A stretch of 64,000 nt of DNA, taken from assembly GCA_024346625.1 (NCBI GenBank), contig AP024665.1:2232001-2296000 (forward strand). Direction: 5' to 3'. The DNA is from Williopsis jadinii. Its lineage: Eukaryota. Position numbers and translations under genes: made by a program. The notes beneath the pieces were generated by a model, which saw only the letters and a list, made by a program, of their open reading frames with translations, searched no databases and was not told the origin of the DNA. Positions 21,578 through 32,500 of the stretch are shown here, in pieces (positions within the stretch are counted from its first letter, which is position 1; each line of letters begins with the position of its first letter).

Positions 21578-24392
21578 ACACAAACAAGGAGTGCGTTCCT
21601 GCTCCTCTAAAGAAATCACCACCTTTCTGCTGTCTCCTGGACTTTCTAAGGGGCTCTAAATAGCACATTTTCATGAATGATGTCATAATTTAGGGTTTTT
21701 TTTGACAACGTATTAGATCACCAACAATACATAAGTTAACAGTGCACTTTGTATGTAAAGCCCATAAAATCGACAAACAAAAACTAGAGACTTCGTAAAT
21801 ATTATTATAACCCTGTTGATGTGGTTAACCTTGGTTTGCTCCTTGCACACTTATACAACATGTTGACCTGGCAACCTAACAGCAAACCAAGGTCGGATAG
21901 TTTGTGCTTGAACCTGTAAGTTTTATGGCAGGGCTGTCGTGGTTAGATGAGTGTACGTCACTGAACAGGCTGTAACAGTACGTACAGTTTAGACGAAACA
22001 AGTGAGACATATTGATCTTATGCTTGTGAATAAGGGCTCGATAAAGCTCTGCTGCTGTGGCCCAAACACTTGCTGTTAAGAATCGCTCAACTTGTAGAAT
22101 AGCAACAGAAAAGACCTCAACGCCTGAACATATGGTGTTTTCTACTGCGTCCCTAGTGAGCTGTGAACACACTGCCTTCACCGGTCTCTGCACCCCTGAA
22201 AATCAGACCAAACGATCAGCATTAACTCATGTGAATTACGAATACTCTCTTTCATGTTGACACTGGGAGGCCCGGTTTGTAAACTTGATCAATTGCTAGT
22301 TCATTGGATCAACGTCACGCATGGATTGTGGATGTTTCCCATTTTGTACTATGTAGTCATATTTCTTATGGACTTTTATTGTGCCATGCCTGTTTATTGT
22401 GCAGGGAACTTAGTACCGTCCACACGGGCATTCCCACCAATCCATTCCCGATTTAACACGTGACTTATATACTACTTTTGATGGGGTTCGAAACTTCATG
22501 CTTAAGCTGTTCAACATATGATCTGGGATATTAAGCACTAGTTGTTGTGCTCCAATGAGTGGCATGTTCCTGGGCAGTCTCTCATTGAATAGTATTAATT
22601 ACAGTGCATGTATGATTTAGCGACCTCAGAATACCGATAAACTTTATTACCGCCTGATGTGCAAGAATAATCACGCATTAACTCACTTCTACAGTAATGG
22701 GATTGCCTCGAACGGTGTAGTTAGGTAGCTACGTTCTCTGGGGGATCATCAACGGTGTGAAAATCAACTACCTGGAAGTTGCTACAGTTTAGATAATCAG
22801 ACACGCTACTTGTTCCAGCCCTAATTCGCGTATGTGGTGATTAGTCACAATGTTGTGGCATCATCTCTTCTAACATTAGCGTTTCAACTTTGGCACTCAC
22901 CAGGAGCGCCGGGTCACTACAGATAACGAGTGCCTTCCAGAACCCAGAGACTTTGGATGTAGATTGTAGCTCTAGCCTTTATGGCGTAACACAGTGAATC
23001 TCCGCGACCACCGCATACAAAGAACTCAAATAACGAGTTCTCATTCATGATTCAACGTTAACAGGTGGAGGCAGTTTCCCAGAGTGGCTATTGCTTGTTC
23101 CACAACTATTATCACCTGAGCAGTCGCAACTTACGGCTCCACCATCATCAGTGTCGATACCAGAGAAAGATAGCGACCACTCACGGGATCACCGCCTACC
23201 CACTCCTGCAGTGTACAGCGCTGTGGTGTAGATTTAGGGCCCACAAAACACTTACGCCATGCGACGCATGTTAATATCTGATAGCCCCGTTTATGTGAGA
23301 CTTTGTTGAACTCCTAACTTCCAATGCAGAGACTTTGTGAGGAGTGAAACGCCACGGCATTGGCTTCAACTAGAGCTCGCATTAATTTCAACCCATGCTC
23401 GTATCACACTGCTATGCCCACAGCTCGTACTTTCCTCTTGCCTCTGTATCCTCAAGCTGTAAGTGTGTTCAGCCGTCACTATTCGTGCAGACCAGGCTAT
23501 AACTTACAAACTATAACGACAATCCCCTGCGTTCAAAGAGGATCTTACAAGTTGCAACTTGGAATTTAGCTGATTCCACATGTAAGTTCGAGAATTCCGG
23601 AATGAAGCAAGTGCGCACCCTACGAATCATTCTTAAATTCATTGATCAGCTTCCAAGGACTCACAACTAGGGCTACACGTGAGGCAAAAATGCAACTTGC
23701 CCCATATTGTATGGAGTTTGATCCGCCTCCCCAATCTCGACTCTAACCTCGCCCTATTAAGTAAAGCTAAGCACCACACGGTTGCTGATGAGCGATGCAC
23801 ACATGCATGCGTCGTGCTGATGCGCACATTAAAGGTGAGTTTGGGTATCGGTTAACAGCTTGGGAGCTGCTCTATCAAAACCTATCTTTGCTCAACCACC
23901 AACCTTCAACAATTGGACTATGAGTACCTCATAACCACATCACCAGACAGGACCGGGTCCTTGCTAATTGTAGTTATCTCAAGTCCTGATCATAGACCCG
24001 TGACCCTTTGATTCGGCCGAAGGCGGAGTCAATGTGGACAAACCGTTTCAGATACTGCGATGAGACGTGGATTTGCGCAAAGCAACTGAAAGATCCCAAA
24101 GAGGAAACCTGTGCTGCATTCTAATTTGGCGAAAGTTTCCAACGGCGGTGACAAGAGAAAATTTCGTCAAGCTGGGGCCCAAAAGCTGCCAGATGTGGAA
24201 AGAACGAAATTCTAAAAGGTAGAAACCGATTGAAATAAATCTTTGTCTCTTGTCCATTAAACGCCATTCACGCAGTAGGAGTAGCATTTCTGTATACTAA
24301 ATCGTCACAAGGGGTTTTTCTTACTTGGCCTTTTCCATCAGTCCTCTCAGGAAGTGCTTTGCTTTTCAACATCGATACACTTTGCCTATTGT

Positions 24393-26432
24393 ATGACATC
24401 ATCTGCTGAATTAGGTGTGGGAATACCACACCATGACAAACTTCTTGCAAGCACTGCCACCGATAATGCTCATATGAAAGCTCAAGCCGACGTTGAGGAG
24501 AGCGGTGGACGCTCCGTCTCCACCGAGCTACCGCAACACCACAACCGGTCATCATCAATAGGGGAAGCAGTATCGGGCGCAGTATCGCAAGGTACTAATG
24601 TCTCGCAGAAACCATCGCAGATTGGCCAGGCTGAAAAGCATTCCAGCAAAGAACAAACGAAGGCACGTAAGGACTCATCCTCATCGTCGACCTCAATACT
24701 TCCACCAACGACGAAGGGCTTGCACACTGTCTTCATACACAAACTGTACAACATGCTTGAAGATGACGACCTGAAGCACCTTATATGGTGGTCAGGATCG
24801 AACGAATCGTTCATAATTGTGCCCAGCGAGGAGTTCAGCAAGGCCTTGTCACAGTATTTCAAGCACACCAACGTCGCATCTTTTGTACGTCAGTTGAATA
24901 TGTATGGGTTCCATAAAGTTGGAGATGGAAACTCTGGGAACAACAATGATCAGAATATCAACCCCGACATCACAACGTGGGAGTTCAAACACAGCTCAGG
25001 ATGCTTTAGAAAAGGAGATATTGATGGATTGAAAAGCATCAAGAGACGCTCGTCTAAGAACCCGTCTACAAAGGGATATCAACAGACCTCACAGGCCTTA
25101 GAAGCCGGGACAGGCTCAGATTCAGAGATTACGTCCTCTGAACGCTCAAACTCCGCTGTGGAGTTACAGGACTCCTATGTGGATCCAATGCTCAACGTGA
25201 GACTGGCAGAGCTGGGCCATAACTTGGCTGCCTTGAGACACGAACATGCCAGGTTACAACTGAGGTACAACACAACAATGGAGGACTTGAAAACTTCGAA
25301 TATGGATCTTGTTAACCTGTTGGACTTGACACAGAGACTAGTGACTGTGCAAATAGATCAACCCAGCCATAATGGAGCCTCTCTCAAGCAGGAAGAGAAC
25401 GAATCACCAAGAAAAGTGAGGCTAAGCAATGACCTTGAAGGTATTCAGAATGGCCTTTCACGGTTAAGGGCTTCTATATTACAACGGGCTGCTGCAAAAG
25501 AGCAGTTCGATCACTTCTCCACTGTATCGTTTGCACCGCCGGCTCCACATCCACCTGCGCCTCCAGTAGCGGTGCATCAACAAGCTGGCCATCAACAAAA
25601 CCCGCCATATCCAGCTCAGTTCAATGCTTACCCATATCCTTATCCAGGACCGCAGTATCAGGTGGTACAAGTACCTCCACCGCAGGCCAATGAGGCTGAA
25701 CATATTGTTCACGATCCATTCAGTTCGGAGCGTAAGGCATCAAGAACATCGAACCGCTCTAGGAACATGTCTGTGTTTTGCGATCCACTTCAAGCGCCTC
25801 CACCTGCCTCACCAACGGGGTCAATTGTGCACCGCTCTTCAGCATCTGGTCATGAGATTGGTGTGCATTCCCCTGGTGTGTCCTCTGTGCCTCACTTTCA
25901 GCTACCGTTTGGTCATCGTCCAGGCTCGCCAGATCAGTATGGTCAACCGCCACTTCAACAGCAGCATCAGCAACAACCACAACAACAGCCTCATCATCTT
26001 CAACAACATCAGCAGTACCAGCACCAGCACCAGCAAGCGCTATTGGCATCACCGAGGGCTCCATACTCAAGGGACCAAAGGCCAGGTTCGTTACCAGGCC
26101 ACAGCACCTCCTTGAGAAATGAAATAGTCACTCGCAAGAGACACTCGTCAAACGATGCTAGTGATTTCCGGACTGACATGTTGAATCCTCTAAGGAGTGT
26201 TCCATCACAGGGGGAAGGTGGCCAAATTCTGGGGCCAAAGAGGTCAAGCAGTGGCTCAAGCCTTAACTTGCACGGTAAACCGGTTGTTGACTACGTATCT
26301 AGCCAACAACACTCACAAAAGGACCCAAATACGAATCCGTATGGCGTACACTCTCTTCTAAACCCAGAGAGACGGGATAGTGTATCGGTTAACGATCAGC
26401 CTCCGTTACAAAAGAAAGCTCGGAATCTTTAG
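24393..26432 (+). CDS. HSF-type DNA-binding transcription factor (Sfl1/Sfl2/Mga1-like)
   Basis: FIHKLYNML...YFKHTNVASFVRQLNMYGFHKV HSF domain, coiled coil and Q/P-rich C-terminus; no Skn7-type receiver domain. First ATG at 24393. Confidence 0.85.
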   Translation: MTSSAELGVGIPHHDKLLASTATDNAHMKAQADVEESGGRSVSTELPQHHNRSSSIGEAVSGAVSQGTNVSQKPSQIGQAEKHSSKEQTKARKDSSSSSTSILPPTTKGLHTVFIHKLYNMLEDDDLKHLIWWSGSNESFIIVPSEEFSKALSQYFKHTNVASFVRQLNMYGFHKVGDGNSGNNNDQNINPDITTWEFKHSSGCFRKGDIDGLKSIKRRSSKNPSTKGYQQTSQALEAGTGSDSEITSSERSNSAVELQDSYVDPMLNVRLAELGHNLAALRHEHARLQLRYNTTMEDLKTSNMDLVNLLDLTQRLVTVQIDQPSHNGASLKQEENESPRKVRLSNDLEGIQNGLSRLRASILQRAAAKEQFDHFSTVSFAPPAPHPPAPPVAVHQQAGHQQNPPYPAQFNAYPYPYPGPQYQVVQVPPPQANEAEHIVHDPFSSERKASRTSNRSRNMSVFCDPLQAPPPASPTGSIVHRSSASGHEIGVHSPGVSSVPHFQLPFGHRPGSPDQYGQPPLQQQHQQQPQQQPHHLQQHQQYQHQHQQALLASPRAPYSRDQRPGSLPGHSTSLRNEIVTRKRHSSNDASDFRTDMLNPLRSVPSQGEGGQILGPKRSSSGSSLNLHGKPVVDYVSSQQHSQKDPNTNPYGVHSLLNPERRDSVSVNDQPPLQKKARNL

Positions 26433-26507
26433 AGGTGAACTACAACGTTGAGGTGCTTCCTCAGCTAATACACCAAACTCCTATCCCACAGTACACCAAG
26501 CTTATGT

Positions 26508-27740
26508 TTATTGTAGTCCAACTATATTGAAGGCATAGTGTAATCCACTAGTGTCAAAGTGTTTGATCAAAATCTTCTTTCCTCTTGGATTTGGAATCGA
26601 TACGATGACACCGTCAACGCAGGTAAAGGTCCTGTCCTCATCGTCCTCCATAATTTCAATAACAGCTGTGCTTCCCTGGTCTACTGGCTTGTACTCTGTC
26701 GACATGTTTCCAATGTGAGCACCGTTGAAGTAAGGTTGCGTAACCACTTTTGTCAATTCATCCTTTGTCTGATCCGCAAAGCTCACATAGTACAATTCTG
26801 GGCTCGCCAACTGCGACCTTGGGGAAATACGGTAAGCCTTCTCCAAATATGGTGTAGCGACGAAATCGATATAAGCATGTTGTTGACGAGCTGTGAAAGG
26901 CTCGACTTCACCATTTGGCCTCTTTAACGATACTTTCAATTTGAAACCCTGTGGTTCTTCAAGAGCTTTGGCGAATGCCATCTTGAACCGTTCTGCACCA
27001 AATGGTTTCCATTCAGGCTTTTCAGAGTAGTGAACTATCTTTGCATGTATTGCAAACGAAACGACAATACAAAAAGTCATCTCCTTTACTGGTGAGCCTG
27101 TAGATGCCACCTTGGAACCTTCGGGGAAGACTACCTTATACAGTGGTAGAGGCGACTTAGCTATTGCTGTGAGCAGATTGACAATTGACTCAAACTCATC
27201 ATTCAGACCTTGTGACACTGCTAGAGCATTCCCCGTTCCCATTGGGACTATACAGACGTCAATGTCATGGCGCTCCCCATTGTACTCTGCATTTAATCCA
27301 TTGAACAGTTCATAGATCGATGTGTCACCTCCTAATACCACAATGGTATGATCCCTTGATAAGTCCAGCTGGCTGGCCAAAGTTGGAATGGAATGTTCAT
27401 CCACAGTCTTAGAATAGGAGTGCTCGATGCCCAGTAGATCAAAGAGGGGCTTTATCACAGATATGTATAGCTCCCTTTCTCCTCTTCCAACCCCAGATTT
27501 TACAGAGTCAACAACCTTGATATCTCTTCCTGGCTTGAGGTGTGCTGGCAATGTACTCTTAGAGATTGATGGGACATTTGTTCCATCTAGCCCGTGCTCC
27601 ATTAGCTTGTGCTCCACTAGCTCGTAGTTCATGTGCGCCTTTGAAGCGCCTTCATCCTCGGTATATCTCACAAAGTACGTCTTATCGTTAATCGATAAAA
27701 GAGCCTTCTGGAGCTCTGTGTGATGCACTTTCCCCATCAT
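26508..27740 (-). CDS. Diacylglycerol/sphingoid-base kinase catalytic-domain protein
   Basis: DSVKSGVG, VLGGDTSIYELFNGL, PMGTGNALA, CVDG. First ATG at 27740. Confidence 0.8.
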   Translation of the reverse strand: MMGKVHHTELQKALLSINDKTYFVRYTEDEGASKAHMNYELVEHKLMEHGLDGTNVPSISKSTLPAHLKPGRDIKVVDSVKSGVGRGERELYISVIKPLFDLLGIEHSYSKTVDEHSIPTLASQLDLSRDHTIVVLGGDTSIYELFNGLNAEYNGERHDIDVCIVPMGTGNALAVSQGLNDEFESIVNLLTAIAKSPLPLYKVVFPEGSKVASTGSPVKEMTFCIVVSFAIHAKIVHYSEKPEWKPFGAERFKMAFAKALEEPQGFKLKVSLKRPNGEVEPFTARQQHAYIDFVATPYLEKAYRISPRSQLASPELYYVSFADQTKDELTKVVTQPYFNGAHIGNMSTEYKPVDQGSTAVIEIMEDDEDRTFTCVDGVIVSIPNPRGKKILIKHFDTSGLHYAFNIVGLQ

Positions 27741-28238
27741 CTGTTGCGATTGGCCTAGTAATCGATGTCTCAGTTGCAATTGGTTTAGACTGATCTATAG
27801 AGAGTGCTTATTTGTTGTTTACTGTGGCATCGGCTAGGAATCGCACAGCACACTGGCGTAAATTTACCACTGGAGGGAAACGCAGAGAGGAGATAACTAC
27901 CGCAAGACGGTAAAGTGTGGTATCCATGTAGAATGAGGCCGTGGTGGGCTTGGGTGTCCACGTTCTATAGCTTTTATTCCGGGATGAGCGATCTCCTTGA
28001 TCAAACCCTGGAGACTTGCCATTGGCTTCCTACGTTACCTATTGCAATGTGACATTGTCTGCTGAGAGTACTGAACATCTTCCTCGCCGTATAAGGCCAT
28101 CGCAGTTACGGCCACTTTCGCTGGACGCTTAGGCTAGGCTGAAAAAAAACATTTCAGCTGGGCCGCACTGGTGCGTATACACCAGGGGGGAAGAAGAGAG
28201 AAGCTGGTGGTGAGATCACGGCAACTGGAGACGTATTT

Positions 28239-28563
28239 ATGACAGCCAAGAGACAGAAGATGTCGTTCAGTTGTACACTGTGCGTTTTGATGGGTTAGCA
28301 TTTTCTCCAGGAGCGAAGTACTAACCGTAAACAGAGACATCGGAGTGCCGTTTGAAACAGAGAAGCAGGCCACCATAGCGAAGAGAACACTCGAACAGGA
28401 CCCCATCCTCAAACCGGACGACCTCGTTGTGAGGTATGAAGTCAACACGTCATCGCTGGACATGCACTTTGAAGCGATAAGTGACCGTGTCTTGAGGGTT
28501 GCCGTGTCGAGTGTCCTGGAATCGTTGAAGACCGTCATCGAGGTGATTGATGAGTTTGAATAA
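28239..28563 (+). CDS. PCC1: KEOPS subunit Pcc1; 2 exons: 28239-28279 and 28335-28563
   Basis: Spliced product MTAKRQKMSFSCTLDIGVPFETEKQATIAKRTL..DP...DRVLRVAVSSVLESLK. Intron 28280-28334 (GTGCGT..TACTAAC..CAG). Confidence 0.92.
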
Positions 28564-29535
28564 ACGGAGAGTGCCAGTACACAACATGGCTACGCTTCAG
28601 AAGGGGTCATCAGCCTGCTGTGATATCACACGTGGAGGCACCCTCGCGTCCTCGTCCTTCTCCCCACCAAGTGTGGTATAGGCTCAGCTAATTAATATAC
28701 AAATCAGACGACGTATAACCTATAGCCTATAGCCTATAGCCCGTAACCCCTTAGTAGTTGGCCAATCGATTCCTCTCGCCTTGAGGGCGTCTGTGGAAAG
28801 AGAAGCCTCGCTACACCCACACCTTTTCAGGCCCGCCGCTGGAGAGACCACCGCTGGAGAGACCACCTTGGCAGTAAAGTCTGTAGCCCCCCCTCCCCTC
28901 CCGGCCTGCTGCCTAGGCTTCGGGGCTCTACCCGCTGCGCAATCTCTCCTCAACGGAGGCCTCCCCTGGGTCTCAGACCGCGCCCCTTCCCGTCGTTCCA
29001 GCCCGCGCAGGGATGGCAAGGCCAGGAACGCACGAAAAACAAACCAACAAGCCTGATGCCACAGTCAGAAAAAAAAACACACAACCAAAAGAAGCAAAAT
29101 GAAAGCAGTGAAAACCCCTCTCTCCCTCCCGCTCGGGGGGCCTTTGTTGTGGAGCCCTTCCGCGCTGCCCTTCTGAGCTGCCCTTCCGCGCCGCCAACTG
29201 CCCACTGCCTACTTCGCTAGCGAGAAGCGTCAAGCCCAACCTCAAAGGGCAGCGAGATCACACCCACACAGGCAGACAAAAGCAAAAAAAGGCAGCTGAT
29301 TTGAAATATTAGAAGAAAAACTTTAAAAAGCACAACCCACTATACGAAAGAGAAAGGCAAGGAAACTTGCTATCAAAATTTTGAGCTTCTTGAGGAGAGA
29401 AGTTATAAGCGAATTTAGAAAGAGTAGCTCCAAGTCACAGTGAGCCTCGTTGTACTTGCAATCCTTTCCCTTCTGTGCGTGTGTCTGTGTTTGTTTTTGG
29501 TTTGGTTTGAGCTCTCTTCTTCAGCGTAGGGAAAA

Positions 29536-32500
29536 ATGGTTGATCCCAACCATCAGGTTCCATTCCCCGGAGCGCCAGCAGCAGGGTCACGGGCTATTGG
29601 CATGATGCCATCAACACAGGAATCGACGTCGGGGTCGACGAACCAGCAGAAGAGACAGCATTCGAGCTCGTATAACATCCCTGTGGCCACGAAGAGGTCT
29701 GTTACGCAGCCCTCGATGGTGTCGTCAGCACAGTTCTCCCAGGAGACGCAGCCGACGATGATTGCACCTCAAATGGCCAATATGTCCTCTTCACAGCAGG
29801 CGGCGTTCCTGCTACAGCAACAGCAGCAACAGCAGTTACACGCGGTGGCTCCTTCTAATGGTGTTCAGTTCGAACAGCAAATGTTATCACAAGTTCCACA
29901 GTTTAAACCGCAGTTCACCATGTCTGTTTCTCCAGGCCCACAGTTCAAACAGCAGCCAATGCCACCGCAGTCGTTTCAGCAACAGCAACTACAGCAACAG
30001 CAACTACAGCAACAGCAATTACAGCAACAACAACCACAGCAACAACAACTACAGCAACAACAACTACAGCATCAGCATCAGCATCAGCATCAACAGCAGC
30101 ATCAACAACAGCAGAGCCTCAAGGCGAAGAAGTTCAGTCAAACGTTTGTCAATTCCACCTATCAAAAGATGTCACAGACGCCTGATCTGATGAAATACGA
30201 TTCGTCGAGCTTTGTCAACGAGGATAGAACTGACGTTAACGACTACGATTCGAATTCAGTAGCTTATACGCAACCAACAGTGCTGGCCACTCCACAGTTG
30301 AACTATTCCCAACCAGCAATGTCACGTTTAATACAACAGCAGCAGCAGCAACAAGCTCAGACGAATCAGCCAGCTCAACGACAGTTGCACAATCAGATTG
30401 GCTTAACTTCACAGCAATCCGCAAGACCGGTATCTACGGTAATCTTGACTAAAGACGTGCTAAATGCAGAATCACCGGGATCCACTATCAGCGACGCTCC
30501 CAATATTGTGCCTCCACAGTCTGTTGAACAGCAGCAAGGACAGCAACAGTCTAAGCTTTCTCAAGAGGAACAGTCCCTCATTGCCAAATTGCAGGACACC
30601 TATAAGGTGATTATAAGATTAGAGAATACACTACAACAGAGGTGTTCAACGCTGAATGTTCCTCAAAAATTGGATATGATGAATGAACTTTGGGATGTAT
30701 ACAACATCAACATCCAACTGCTGAACTCGTATTATGACTTCTTGCTGTATTCAATGGGCTCAGGCAAATCTGGTAAACAGATAGTGCAAGTCTATAGAAT
30801 CCCAAGACGGCTATGGGTCTATGGTGTCGTGACGTTCTTGGATGTCATCAAGAATGTTGTATCAATCTTCATAGAGCATGACATATGCTCAAGTTTCATT
30901 GGATATGCATTCAACATTCTAAGTGGATTAACAGAGCTGGAGATGGATGGGTGGATGTATGAAAAGCTCGGTGATTTGTCCAGAATGGCGATTGCGCTTT
31001 ATCCTTCTCGCTACATCGATTGGAAGATAAGTTCAGAATACTGGTATACACAGGCGATGAAGAATCAATACGGGTACGGTAAAATTTACTACCACATCGC
31101 AACTGTCCAACAGGACAGTCTTGATGCCCTTGTAAACATCGGTAAGAGCGTGTTTTGCCGTGATACGTTCGTTCCTACTCCACAGTACATGAGAATGGTG
31201 ATTGATAATATCAATCAAAGAAGCTATATCGATTTACCGGTTCTAGATTTCACAAAAGTTTACAAGTTATTGCTGACTGGTGAAATTAACGACATGTTTG
31301 AACTGAATAAACTCATCACTTACTACACACAGAACTTGGGTGTTGATAACAACAACGTTGATTTCTTCAAGAGGGTACCAGGAACAATCTCTGAGGTGAT
31401 CACCTCACCGAATTACTCACCGGATAATGACTTTGAAGGTAAATTCCAATTTTGGTTGCAGAGATCATCCTCTTTTGCCCTGGCAAACATCTCTCTTATG
31501 GTTGGTTTCGGTGTTCCAATGAATCCATTCGCTAGACTCTTTGGCTTGCTGGAGGCCTTAAAGGAGCGTAAGGAGAAGAAGGAGAAGAAGGAAAAAAGCA
31601 AATCAACCAATGGTGATGCCACCAATGGAGGAGTCTTACCACACATTGAGGCCACTGAACCTGTTCAGAATGATAACATCAAAGAACTCTCCATACAAGA
31701 ATGGTTCAGCACCCATGGTGCTCTGGATAAAGTTGTTGTCAAGCTAACAATGAAAATGTTTGATACTTATCTGAGAGGTCCAATCATTGCAGCCATGCCA
31801 CACGTTATAACCTTCTTGTACTTCATTGTGGCTGTTGGTGAAGCCACGAAGAGTAAACCAAATAGCAGGTTGTTCTTTGAGACCATCATCAACATGCTCT
31901 TGCCTACGAATTCGTTGATCAACTACCTCAATGATGTATTGACATTTGTGAGAAGCAAACCCGAGTACTTATCCATCCTGGCTCAACATCAAGCAAGGGA
32001 CCCAGAATTCCTCAAAGGTGGGTTCTTAAAGTACTACAGCGATAATGAAACCCTCATTGAGGTTTGGAGATGCTGGGGTACATTGTGGTTTGATGTTATT
32101 TCGTTGAAAGAAGAATATAACAGTCCTAGAGAAAGTGGTATTTCCAAGGGTGATCTATTAGATGTTCCAATTGGCGGTGCTCGTTATGATCCAAAGATGA
32201 ATCCAGATAGGTTTATCCGTATTGTTCTTTTGGCGACTTATATTTCCGATAATTTCAACTTTGGTATCAAAAGAGGCTCGAATTATATCTTCTACAACTC
32301 TGTTGACACCATTATGGAGAGAGACAGCTTTTCTCCAGAGGAAAATGCTTATTTGAAATCAACGTACATGGAACTGGCACAGCAGGCTAAAGCACTGGGA
32401 TTGATTGAAAATCCATTCACGGATAACGCTGGTGTGAAATCCACTCGTATGGATCCATTGAGTTGGATTCAAGGCAGTGGAGACAAAAACACTTTACATA

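Noticed and set aside
22747..22759. 13-bp repeat CATCAACGGTGTG shared with 21526-21538
   Set aside because: The similarity does not extend and the surrounding frame lacks the nuclease motif; probably chance.
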